Positions 29,515 to 39,554 of a stretch of DNA of 64,000 nt are shown one piece after another. Below the pieces are notes generated by a model. It saw only the letters and a program-made list of their open reading frames with translations, was not told the DNA's origin and did no database searches. The stretch covers positions 246,859 through 310,858 of IMG/VR virus record IMGVR_UViG_3300047558_000137; one strand, written 5' to 3'. Every line of letters begins with the position of its first letter. The first letter of the stretch is position 1. The stretch is from a virus. Made by a program: the position numbers and the translations under genes.

Positions 29515-30700
29515 GTTTAACTACCTTCCGGGTTTTATTTCCGGCCGATCCTCCTGTATTATATACTTCGGCTGCAACATAAACAATCTTCTCACTAGCC
29601 TGAGACATATACTGTTTGTCGCCGCCAAATATCATTCCAGCACTACTAATTAACATAGGAATACGCTCTAGACTACGTAAAGGCTTGTGCGTATGAATAA
29701 ACTTCTTGCTGGGATCGATCACTGGTTTTTTCATGTTACCTACTGTTAAGATATCTTCTGCAGGATATAATTTACGTAACTGTAACAGCAAACGTTCACT
29801 TAAATCTGGCTCATAAATTACAACAGGCAACCTATTTACCTGCACAGCATAGTCTAACACACTTGCTAGGTCATCGTCAACCGTTTGTGCATCTGGGTTT
29901 ACTCGTACTTCGGTATTGCTGGCCAGCTGAAGGAACCTACTTCCCCAGTTCTGGTTAATAACTGTACGAAGATCGTCTTCGATTGTAATACCCAATAGGC
30001 TACTTGAATCTACTAACCGCAATAAATTATCGTGTGCAAACCCACCTAAGTGTTCATTAACATAGTCGCGCAGGCTCGAAGGGCAATTGGTTATCTCTAA
30101 CTGCTCGGGCCCATATTGTAATTCGATACTGTAGGGTGTTTGTTCTGCTGTTAAGATTACAGAATTGAGATCATCAATTTCTTTGGAGATTTCAAACTCA
30201 TTTGCCGATGCCCATGTATGCAACCAATTAACATTATATTCACTTAATCCAATACGCCAGGCTTTTGCATCTCTATCAAATCTTGCACTACCCTGACAGG
30301 ACTGTCTAAATGACCTAATATCATCAATTAGCTTAGTGTTAAAAGGAAAGCGAAGAACAATCTTATCATTTTCAATTGATAATCTTCTTGTATAGTCCAT
30401 TTGTCTGGGACGCACTCGCCAGACAGGAGTTTCCACTGGACTAACATCAATTCCGTGTGCAGCAAACTGACGTTGATACTTTAGTAGTATCTTGCACAAT
30501 AATCCTGCTTGTTTTTCTGTTAGGGGCTTGTTGCCAATAACCGTTTCGGACATGCTAGTCAATACATTCACATCATATCTAGCCAAGCTGATGATAGGGT
30601 CAAAATTAAAAAACCAATTAGTATTAACTTTAGTGGTTACAGAGTCTCTGTAACCGGCTAACACTTCAAGATATTCTTCTACTGTGCTGTATTTTTTCAT
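29492..30700 (-). CDS. hypothetical protein, translationally coupled to the SF2 helicase
   Basis: 402-aa ORF overlapping helicase start by 23 nt. Confidence 0.5.
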   Translation of the reverse strand: MKKYSTVEEYLEVLAGYRDSVTTKVNTNWFFNFDPIISLARYDVNVLTSMSETVIGNKPLTEKQAGLLCKILLKYQRQFAAHGIDVSPVETPVWRVRPRQMDYTRRLSIENDKIVLRFPFNTKLIDDIRSFRQSCQGSARFDRDAKAWRIGLSEYNVNWLHTWASANEFEISKEIDDLNSVILTAEQTPYSIELQYGPEQLEITNCPSSLRDYVNEHLGGFAHDNLLRLVDSSSLLGITIEDDLRTVINQNWGSRFLQLASNTEVRVNPDAQTVDDDLASVLDYAVQVNRLPVVIYEPDLSERLLLQLRKLYPAEDILTVGNMKKPVIDPSKKFIHTHKPLRSLERIPMLISSAGMIFGGDKQYMSQASEKIVYVAAEVYNTGGSAGNKTRKVVKLASKTNN

Positions 30701-30743
30701 AATAGTATTTTAACAGAGTTGGCCGTTTAAGTCAAAGAAAAAG

Positions 30744-30770
30744 CCCCCAGTTACGGGGGCAAAAATTGCG
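30744..30770 (-). terminator. rho-independent terminator (GCCCCC-loop-GGGGGC followed by T-run on minus)
   Basis: 6-bp G/C stem with 6-nt loop followed by TTTTTCTTT on the minus strand. Confidence 0.6.
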
Positions 30771-30809
30771 GTATACAAGGAGCTAAATGAAAAATGCCCG
30801 CAATTAAAT

Positions 30810-31112
30810 TTATTCTTCGTCTACAATGGGCAGGCCGTTACTGTGACGATCACGTTGTTCTTCAACGTCTTGAAATAATCTATGTTCTTGTGCTGTTAAC
30901 TTGTCTTTGTGTGTTTTGCGTGGATTCCCACAGAGGTAACAATTGGGATTACCACAATCCATGGCATGATGTTTTGCTAGCCTATGTGGCTGCTTAATAT
31001 TTGCCCGATTGTATGTACCATGTGATTTTGCAATGCGTACTTGTCTAGCAATTGCTACGTCAGTTTTATGACGTCTACGTGAGTTTAAAAATTTTGCTGT
31101 ATCGTTACTCAT
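30810..31112 (-). CDS. basic Cys/His-containing small protein (putative zinc-binding)
   Basis: HAMDCGNPNCYLCGNPRKTH. Confidence 0.4.
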   Translation of the reverse strand: MSNDTAKFLNSRRRHKTDVAIARQVRIAKSHGTYNRANIKQPHRLAKHHAMDCGNPNCYLCGNPRKTHKDKLTAQEHRLFQDVEEQRDRHSNGLPIVDEE

Positions 31113-31120
31113 ACAAATAT

Positions 31121-31378
31121 TTAATGATTAGCAACACGCCCGTTTAATTTCTTAGAAATTTCAACACGCCGTTCTTTTTGTTTCTTTGCTCGAACATTAT
31201 CTGGATGGTCTTCGCAACTAAACGAGTCACACATCTCTTCAGGGTCTTTGTGTTCTTTGTGTTTCCTGCACCAGCCGTTATCTGTGTATACATTTTCTTT
31301 ATCTGGATTAAAGTCATAGTGTACACAGAAGTCACAGCAGACGTATGCAGGGTCTCCACAAGATTTACAAAGTTTCAT
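31121..31378 (-). CDS. cysteine-rich small protein (putative zinc finger)
   Basis: CKSCGDPAYVCCDFCVH...WCRKH...CDSFSCEDH. Confidence 0.4.
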   Translation of the reverse strand: MKLCKSCGDPAYVCCDFCVHYDFNPDKENVYTDNGWCRKHKEHKDPEEMCDSFSCEDHPDNVRAKKQKERRVEISKKLNGRVANH

Positions 31379-31575
31379 TCCCAGAGAACCCTCATATTAA
31401 AATAGTCAGCAACTGGTCGGACGAGTAGCGGTAACATCAGTACTAGAATCCACGCAATTTGAATGTATTCTGATTCAGTAAACTTATATACAAAGATGTT
31501 AAACATACCTGTAAAGAAGTAAACAAAGCCAGTCCAGAACAAATAGTAACCGCCAGTGCGTCCAAACAGTTTCAT
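31375..31575 (-). CDS. small integral membrane protein
   Basis: 66-aa ORF with two hydrophobic segments. Confidence 0.4.
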   Translation of the reverse strand: MKLFGRTGGYYLFWTGFVYFFTGMFNIFVYKFTESEYIQIAWILVLMLPLLVRPVADYFNMRVLWE

Positions 31576-31576
31576 T

Positions 31577-32419
31577 TTATTTTCCTACATTAATGAAAGG
31601 CATAGCACCTGACATAACATTGGGCAAGTTACCATCCCACTTTTCAATTGCCTTCAATTGCACGTAAGCCGCGCCACCTTGGTTCTGAATAGCACTGGCT
31701 TGAATAGCAATAGCTTTAGCTTCACCTTCGGCCTGTGCAATACGGCTTTGTGCTTCAACTTTGATACGCTCTAAGTCCTGTTCAGCTTTTTGCTTTTGCT
31801 GAGTAGCAATAACTTTAGCTTCAATGGCCTTTTGGTATTCTGCTGAGAATCCAAAGTTCACTAAACTAATACCTTGCACATCAATGTCAAACGGAGCAAC
31901 CTTTGCACGAACATGGTTAAGGATTTCTGCACTAACTTGATCACGCTTGGTAATCAGTTCTTCACTGTTATAGTGAGCAGTTACAGCCTTGAACGCTTCG
32001 TTAACACCGGGGCCCAGAATCTTGTCATCCACATTAAGACCAAACTGGCTGTAGATAGTAGGAACCTTTTCGGGGCTCATACGATACTGAATAACAATAT
32101 CGGTATGCACAGACTGCAAGTCTTTGGTACCTGCTTGTGCTTCTTTCAAGTCCGCACGTTTAACTCGAATTTCAACATTTCGCACACTTGAAATTGGGTT
32201 AACAAAATTAACACCGGGTTGTAATGCAACAGGATTAACTGTACCCATTGTAACTTGAACACCCACGTGTCCTGGAGGCACAATAGTGAAACATTCAAAT
32301 ACAAAGGCAACTGCAAATACTACAGCACCTACCACAATGCCTAGTGTTCGTTGTGCAAACAAAAAGCCCCCAACGACTGCAACAATGGCAAGAAAAATAC
32401 CAAGAAAAATTCCAAACAT
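31577..32419 (-). CDS. SPFH/Band-7 (prohibitin/HflK-C-like) domain membrane protein
   Basis: N-terminal transmembrane segment; SPFH core (VQVTMGTVNP...VRNVEIRVKR...VHTDIVIQYR) and C-terminal A/E/Q-rich coiled coil typical of band-7 proteins. Confidence 0.8.
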   Translation of the reverse strand: MFGIFLGIFLAIVAVVGGFLFAQRTLGIVVGAVVFAVAFVFECFTIVPPGHVGVQVTMGTVNPVALQPGVNFVNPISSVRNVEIRVKRADLKEAQAGTKDLQSVHTDIVIQYRMSPEKVPTIYSQFGLNVDDKILGPGVNEAFKAVTAHYNSEELITKRDQVSAEILNHVRAKVAPFDIDVQGISLVNFGFSAEYQKAIEAKVIATQQKQKAEQDLERIKVEAQSRIAQAEGEAKAIAIQASAIQNQGGAAYVQLKAIEKWDGNLPNVMSGAMPFINVGK

Positions 32420-32422
32420 TAT

Positions 32423-32578
32423 TTAACTCCACAGGCCATGTTGATTTTGTCTGCTTCGACGCCGGCCTTAATAGCTTCGATGCGACACTGGTATTTGCTG
32501 TATTCCATAATGCCAACGGGTGCAAACAATGCGCCTATAACACCAACACAACAAATTGCAATCCATTTATCCATTGTT
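32423..32578 (-). CDS. small membrane protein (51 aa; below the ORF-track cutoff)
   Basis: MDKWIAICCVGVIGALFAPVGIMEYSKYQCRIEAIKAGVEADKINMACGVK read directly from the minus strand; fills the gap after the SPFH gene. Confidence 0.3.
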
Positions 32579-32848
32579 TTCTCCTTTAAGAACTTCCATT
32601 AGATTGTTGTTTTCGTATGCTTGCATTGTAGCACGAACAATCTTATTCATGTATTCAGCATATTCTTCTGCACGTTGTTCTTGATCACGTCGAGGATACA
32701 AGATACTAACCGGAAATGACATCAACACCGGGCGTTCGTCTAGTTCGTCATTGTCGTGTGCATCTGTGATAAAGTATCCAGTAATGTCACCTTTACCCTG
32801 ATCTCCCTTGGTGTGGGCTACTTTATATTCACGTTTAATTGGTTTCAC
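32567..32848 (-). CDS. hypothetical protein (probably GTG-initiated; track ORF 32567-33073 is over-extended)
   Basis: AAGAGGA Shine-Dalgarno then GTG at 32848, immediately after the stop of the upstream gene at 32853; C-terminal part (KREYKVAHTKGDQGKGD...) looks genuine. Confidence 0.4.
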   Translation of the reverse strand: MKPIKREYKVAHTKGDQGKGDITGYFITDAHDNDELDERPVLMSFPVSILYPRRDQEQRAEEYAEYMNKIVRATMQAYENNNLMEVLKGENNG

Positions 32849-32852
32849 TTCA

Positions 32853-33116
32853 TTATTCCTCTTTAAGACGGTTAAAAGTACGGACCACGGCTTCTTCATA
32901 GCCTTTTGCACGTTCAACGCACCCGATAATGTAAAACGGCCCCATGCAGATTGCACCAAATGCCATGCCTCCAAAAAATCCAAATACTTTTCCGTTTTTA
33001 ATCCCAGCAAGACCACAACAAAGAATAAACACTGCCAAAAGTAGTGTCCCAGGATGATGCCCGTATCCTTCAAGATAGCCTGCCCCTTTTATTACACGTC
33101 GAAAAAATTTAAACAT
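32853..33116 (-). CDS. small membrane protein
   Basis: 87-aa ORF with two hydrophobic helices (LLLAVFILCCGLAGI; GFFGGMAFGAICMGPFYIIG). Confidence 0.45.
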   Translation of the reverse strand: MFKFFRRVIKGAGYLEGYGHHPGTLLLAVFILCCGLAGIKNGKVFGFFGGMAFGAICMGPFYIIGCVERAKGYEEAVVRTFNRLKEE

Positions 33117-33528
33117 GTTCTTTATTTTTTAGAAACGGATTGTGCATTTCCCAAATAACGTTTGCGGCATCGGGGCACTTTGTCAACATCCATTGGTATT
33201 TGCTTTGAAGGTTTGAATAAGCGACGCGGCCACGTTTCCAAACATTGTGATCGTCGCTGTACTCATAATACCAATCGTGTTCTCGGCACATCTGCTCAAA
33301 CATTTCCAAAGCAAATGTTTCTAGAGACCAACATGCGTCACTGTAGAACTTTTTGCGAACTTCACCTTTGTCATGTTTCCAAACAGAAATGTAGACCTGT
33401 GGGTTTGTATCACCTTTGGCCAACCCTTCAGCAAATGAGTTCATCTGGTTTGGGTATTTGATATCCAGTGTTGGCGGGACGTCAATGATAGTTCCGTCAA
33501 GAGTTTCAACATGCATATTGTAGTTCAT
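33109..33528 (-). CDS. hypothetical protein
   Basis: 139-aa ORF. Confidence 0.45.
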   Translation of the reverse strand: MNYNMHVETLDGTIIDVPPTLDIKYPNQMNSFAEGLAKGDTNPQVYISVWKHDKGEVRKKFYSDACWSLETFALEMFEQMCREHDWYYEYSDDHNVWKRGRVAYSNLQSKYQWMLTKCPDAANVIWEMHNPFLKNKEHV

Positions 33529-33878
33529 TAAGCCAACTCCTCAATCTTTTCATCCTTTAGTCGGCGCACCAAGTTTTCGTTGCGACGATCTTGTTCTCGA
33601 CGGGCACGTTTCTTTTCATCACTAACACGAGTAACCATGTCGTATGAACGGGCCCATTCAATACCAATGATCCAAGTTTCAAGTTGGTTAAGTGTGCCTG
33701 TAAACAGACATGCATCACGAGCATAAACAGGCAGTTCTTCATCACGTGGATATACAGACAGCATATCTTCTTGCTCTACACCATGCCAACCAGACTGATG
33801 CTGGCCCCAACGCATACCTAGTCGATGCAATGTGTCTTCAAGACGTTTGACTTTTAGTATCAAGTTGTAGCCACTCAT
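33528..33878 (-). CDS. hypothetical protein
   Basis: 116-aa ORF. Confidence 0.45.
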   Translation of the reverse strand: MSGYNLILKVKRLEDTLHRLGMRWGQHQSGWHGVEQEDMLSVYPRDEELPVYARDACLFTGTLNQLETWIIGIEWARSYDMVTRVSDEKKRARREQDRRNENLVRRLKDEKIEELA

Positions 33879-33880
33879 TG

Positions 33881-34357
33881 TTATCTCCGATTCATTCTAA
33901 CTTTAATGCCGCCGCCTAGATCGATGATTTCATCGTCGGAGTATTCAGCATCTGGATCATGCACGTTTAAATCAATTATATTTTCATCCTCATCTTCATT
34001 GAAGCTGATATCTTCAACTACTGCAGGTTTCTTAGAACGCTTTTTTGGTGCTATGCCCAATATCTCACGTTCTTCGCTAGATAGTTTAGCTAATGCTTCT
34101 GCTTTAACACGCTCTTTGCGTTCAATCTCAGCAACTCGTGCCTGCTCACGGGCATCATCTTCTTTGTGCTTTTTCCACCATGCACGGACTTCATCGTCTT
34201 TAAGTAGTAGCAGATCTTCTACGCCGTTTGCTTCAAGCTCAGTAAGTGCTTTGCAGGCAATACGTGCCAGCATGTCAGCTTCTTTTTTAAGTGCTTTGAG
34301 TTTTCTGGAGGAATCGTTTTCACGGGTCCAATCATCACCATAACTTTGGCAAGGCAT
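33881..34357 (-). CDS. Lys/Glu-rich coiled-coil protein
   Basis: KEADMLARIACKALTELEANG...AREQARVAEIERKERVKAEALAKLSSEEREILG. Confidence 0.45.
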   Translation of the reverse strand: MPCQSYGDDWTRENDSSRKLKALKKEADMLARIACKALTELEANGVEDLLLLKDDEVRAWWKKHKEDDAREQARVAEIERKERVKAEALAKLSSEEREILGIAPKKRSKKPAVVEDISFNEDEDENIIDLNVHDPDAEYSDDEIIDLGGGIKVRMNRR

Positions 34358-34623
34358 TACTGTACTCCTAAATCTTTCATGTAGTCTGCATCAAGTCTGA
34401 TGTGACCGTAGTTGTTTTCACGTAGTGTACTTGACACTGAGTTACTCGGGCATTTAGTTGAGAACACTGTTTGGTGTACACCCCACTTGGTTTCACGTCC
34501 AGTAATGCGAGTATTGTTTACATACACTGCACCCTGGTTTGTAACTTCAATTGTAACAGTTTTTTGTTTCATTTTGACACAGCTATTAAAAAAATAAACA
34601 ATGCAACAAAAGGATGCCCACAC
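34357..34623 (-). CDS. hypothetical small protein
   Basis: 88-aa ORF. Confidence 0.35.
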   Translation of the reverse strand: MWASFCCIVYFFNSCVKMKQKTVTIEVTNQGAVYVNNTRITGRETKWGVHQTVFSTKCPSNSVSSTLRENNYGHIRLDADYMKDLGVQ

Positions 34624-34662
34624 ATAAGTGCAAACATCGCTAGTATTGTACCAAAGAACTCT

Positions 34663-34908
34663 TTATCGGAGCCCATTATCGCACCTTACGCCTTTGCCAA
34701 ACTCATCTAGAATTTGACGGGTGCTGTCTTGTGTAATGATAAACTTGTATCCTTCGATACAACGGCTTTCGGTCATACCGTTAATGCCCCAGCTAACAGA
34801 AGAACCTACTGCCGCGCCCATTACAATGTTAACCACTGTAATGCCCACAATACCGATTATCACAATGACAACCATTAGTTCAATAAGTGTAAAGCCACGC
34901 TGTTTCAT
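34663..34908 (-). CDS. type IV pilin/pseudopilin-like protein (prepilin N-terminal methylation motif)
   Basis: MKQRGFTLIELMVVIVIIGIVGI is the class III signal: K/R-G-FTLIELM plus hydrophobic helix. Confidence 0.65.
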   Translation of the reverse strand: MKQRGFTLIELMVVIVIIGIVGITVVNIVMGAAVGSSVSWGINGMTESRCIEGYKFIITQDSTRQILDEFGKGVRCDNGLR

Positions 34909-35060
34909 TGTGCAACTCCTTCAATTTGATCAGCAATATTGGCAATCTGTTCGGCCATATCTTGCAGATCATCTGCATAGTTAGGATCGCACACTTGCAA
35001 AACTTGTTGAATCAACAAAGCGGCTTCTGCCAGCATTGTAATTTGTCCATACTTATCCAT
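34905..35060 (-). CDS. small hypothetical protein (51 aa; below track cutoff)
   Basis: MDKYGQITMLAEAALLIQQVLQVCDPNYADDLQDMAEQIANIADQIEGVAQ read from the minus strand; stop overlaps the pilin-like gene start. Confidence 0.25.
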   Translation of the reverse strand: MDKYGQITMLAEAALLIQQVLQVCDPNYADDLQDMAEQIANIADQIEGVAQ

Positions 35061-35229
35061 ACGTCACCGCCTTTACAGTAAAGCCTTCTTCAATGTACAT
35101 ATCAGCTTCGTCGCTGTTATCTACACTAAACATAAACAAATCACCGTCCCAAATTTGATACATAAGTTTCTCCAAAAAGTTGGGGACTTATTGACATTGC
35201 CCCATAACACCGCTCACCTACAAAAACTA

Positions 35230-36273
35230 TTAAGCCGGCTTCATACAAGTCTTAGCCATACGCATCCAAGTTTCAGGAAAGCTCTGACGCAACTGTGCAA
35301 CCTTAATTGCCATACGCAAGCTCATTTCACGCAACTTGTTTTGATTTGTTTCCATAAATGCAATGACTTCGTCTTGTGCAATCTGCTCAAGATCCATGTC
35401 AGCAAACAGTGCGCCATCCTTAGCGATCTGTTTAATACGCAGAATCTTGTCACGCATAGTGTCAAGAGTCAAGTCAAGATAGTGACAACGTGATTGCAAG
35501 GCTTCAAGGTGATCTTTGAGCTTTTGCGATTTCATGTGGTCGAACTTGATGTTACTGATAAAGATAACACTGCCACGGAACTCAAACTGTGTAGGGATGC
35601 CTTCGCGGCGCAACAGGCTACTGTCGCTCAACCAACTAATCTTACGCTTCTTACCCGAGTCCAACGCACCTTTGAGCAAGTTCAACGAAACATCGTCAAG
35701 CAAAATGCTGTCGCAGTCATCAAACACAACCACGCAGTTAGGGTCGCTGTATTTGTAAAGTGTTTGATACAGGCCAATGGGAGTGGCCGCACCTTTGATA
35801 ACTTCTGCACGAAGACGGCGCCCAGCGATTTGATCCAGCAGTGTGGCTTTTTCGATTTCTTGTTCAACACCGAAACTCTTACCCACACCAGGGGGGCCAC
35901 TAACAATCATAGCACGGATGTCGCCATTGACTGTGGCCTTGGTCATCTCATGCAGTATTTCAAAGTTATCACGAATACGATCCATTGCTTGTTCGTCTGT
36001 TTCTACAGGTGCAGAATTTGCAACTTGTGCATCTGCGATAAATCCAATTGCGTTACTCACGTGGTGTCCTTCATTACCAACAAAGTTGTAGCTGTCGATC
36101 CCATCGACTTTGACACGAATCTGCTCTGGGAAGCCAGGAAAGGCTCCGCCGTTTGCAACGGTTACGTATCCACCGCGAGCAGTTTGTTTGTACTGCTCTA
36201 CTAACTCAAACACTTTTCCCGAAACATCAAAAGTGCGGTATGCACCTTTAATAATCTGAATGTGTGCTGTCAT
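35230..36273 (-). CDS. AAA+ ATPase
   Basis: Walker A VSGPPGVGKS, Walker B VVVFDDCDS, sensor region; 347 aa. Confidence 0.7.
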   Translation of the reverse strand: MTAHIQIIKGAYRTFDVSGKVFELVEQYKQTARGGYVTVANGGAFPGFPEQIRVKVDGIDSYNFVGNEGHHVSNAIGFIADAQVANSAPVETDEQAMDRIRDNFEILHEMTKATVNGDIRAMIVSGPPGVGKSFGVEQEIEKATLLDQIAGRRLRAEVIKGAATPIGLYQTLYKYSDPNCVVVFDDCDSILLDDVSLNLLKGALDSGKKRKISWLSDSSLLRREGIPTQFEFRGSVIFISNIKFDHMKSQKLKDHLEALQSRCHYLDLTLDTMRDKILRIKQIAKDGALFADMDLEQIAQDEVIAFMETNQNKLREMSLRMAIKVAQLRQSFPETWMRMAKTCMKPA

Positions 36274-36342
36274 TTCTAGCTCCTGTGCTGTGTTAATAAG
36301 TCACTATTATAGCACAGAATCCATTTTGGGCCTGTTGCATTT

Positions 36343-36576
36343 TCACAACAAATTGTAATACTTTAGTATTAAACCCGCTATACCCGTTGCAGTCATTACG
36401 CTGTTTACTACAATTAAACTGGCTTCACGCCAGCGTATACTAACAACTAGCCAAAGCAGGCCGCCAACGGCCAAGATTATTGGACCAGCAGGGTAGTAGC
36501 CCAAACTGTTAACTGCTGTTCCTACGATAAGAATAGCTGTTGCAGTCCATTTTAAATACCAATTTAGATCTTTCAT
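36343..36576 (-). CDS. small membrane protein
   Basis: 77-aa ORF, two transmembrane helices. Confidence 0.4.
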   Translation of the reverse strand: MKDLNWYLKWTATAILIVGTAVNSLGYYPAGPIILAVGGLLWLVVSIRWREASLIVVNSVMTATGIAGLILKYYNLL

Positions 36577-36860
36577 GAGGCTGCTAACATAACAAGTAGT
36601 GCATCTTCTTTAGAACGAAGTCCGATGTAATGACGTCTGTTCCATTGTCGACTTCCATTTTCTACACTATCCCAATAGGCTTTGCCACTGTGGCTGTACC
36701 AATCAGCGCGGCCACCGGACCACATACCGTCGGGCCCACGATTAGCTTCTAACCATCGCCTTACACGATTGTATTCGTCGTTGTAACCTTCAAACCGCAG
36801 GGCCACACGATATCCATATTGGTGTAGCTTCATGCGGTCATGCACTGTTATTAATTTCAT
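36573..36860 (-). CDS. hypothetical protein, paralog A of a tandem pair
   Basis: Shares a G-Y-x-VA-x-RF...W-L-x-x-NRGP-D/E framework with the next gene. Confidence 0.45.
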   Translation of the reverse strand: MKLITVHDRMKLHQYGYRVALRFEGYNDEYNRVRRWLEANRGPDGMWSGGRADWYSHSGKAYWDSVENGSRQWNRRHYIGLRSKEDALLVMLAAS

Positions 36861-37153
36861 AATGATTCTGCCAATGTTAACAAAATTACTGTAACGTCTG
36901 TTTCTTCTTTAAGACCAATAAAATAGGTATTAGAATCTCTCCAGGTTTTTCCACGAGCCATATGGGTTGTCCACCGATAGTCTTCGTGCTCATCGTGGAA
37001 TGAAAAATGTGCTTCGGGGCCGCGATTATCTTTTAACCAATTGGTAATCATGCTGTATTGTTTTGGTAAAAGTCCCCGTGGCTTAAATCGAAAAGCAACA
37101 GGATATCCACGTCGGCCTAATACCCAATTTTTGTGTGTTTTTACAACTTTCAT
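36857..37153 (-). CDS. hypothetical protein, paralog B of a tandem pair
   Basis: Shares RGYPVAFRF...NWLKDNRGPE...YFIGLK framework with the previous gene; ATGA stop-start overlap. Confidence 0.45.
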   Translation of the reverse strand: MKVVKTHKNWVLGRRGYPVAFRFKPRGLLPKQYSMITNWLKDNRGPEAHFSFHDEHEDYRWTTHMARGKTWRDSNTYFIGLKEETDVTVILLTLAESL

Positions 37154-37192
37154 GCCATAATTGTAACACAGAAATCTTTTTCATAAAAAAAC

Positions 37193-37216
37193 CCGCCGAA
37201 GCGGGTTAGTTATGGT
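37193..37216 (-). terminator. rho-independent terminator (CCCGC-TTCG-GCGGG followed by T7 on minus)
   Basis: GC hairpin with tetraloop followed by TTTTTTTAT. Confidence 0.7.
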
Positions 37217-37225
37217 TTAACCAAT

Positions 37226-37480
37226 TTATAGTGTGTATGCCAAAATAGCGTTTACACCAACTGCCAACTGTGTGCAGGTGATGTCACCTGACATATCATC
37301 TTGTTTGTGACCAATGTCAAATAAAACTGGTAAATTATTTAGGTTATGTTGTGCCACTACAACTTTTGCATCTTCATTTAAATCTGCAAAATATAATGCC
37401 ACTTCTTTTTCCTGACTCCAACGCATCAATGCTTCAATGCCTTCTTGGTCTTGTGTACTGTTTACATATAAATTAATCAT
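37226..37480 (-). CDS. hypothetical protein
   Basis: 84-aa ORF between two copies of the same terminator hairpin. Confidence 0.4.
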   Translation of the reverse strand: MINLYVNSTQDQEGIEALMRWSQEKEVALYFADLNEDAKVVVAQHNLNNLPVLFDIGHKQDDMSGDITCTQLAVGVNAILAYTL

Positions 37481-37510
37481 GGGTTGCTCCGTTACTGTAT
37501 TTATGCACCC

Positions 37511-37536
37511 AAAAGAAAACCCGCCGAAGCGGGTTT
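37511..37536 (-). terminator. rho-independent terminator (AAACCCGC-TTCG-GCGGGTTT followed by T-run on minus), downstream of groEL
   Basis: Same hairpin core as the 37193 terminator. Confidence 0.65.
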
Positions 37537-37551
37537 AGGGGTGATGTGTTA

Positions 37552-39469
<1,918 letters not shown>

Positions 39470-39554
39470 CATAAACTCCTTTAAAATAAAAATGTGATTA
39501 TATAATAGAAAATGCGAGTCTGTCAACAACACAACCCGCAAAATTATTTATACT

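Noticed and set aside
32567-33073. Full-length 168-aa ORF as given
   Set aside because: Its first 75 codons overlap the well-formed membrane-protein gene 32853-33116 in another frame. A GTG with good Shine-Dalgarno at 32848 gives a non-overlapping coupled gene, so the shortened version was reported.
33906-34343. 145-aa Ser-rich plus-strand ORF
   Set aside because: Antisense of the KE-rich coiled-coil gene (GAA/AAG repeats read as Ser/Phe on the other strand).
35494-36204. 236-aa plus-strand ORF
   Set aside because: Antisense to the AAA+ ATPase gene which has clear Walker motifs; no motifs of its own.
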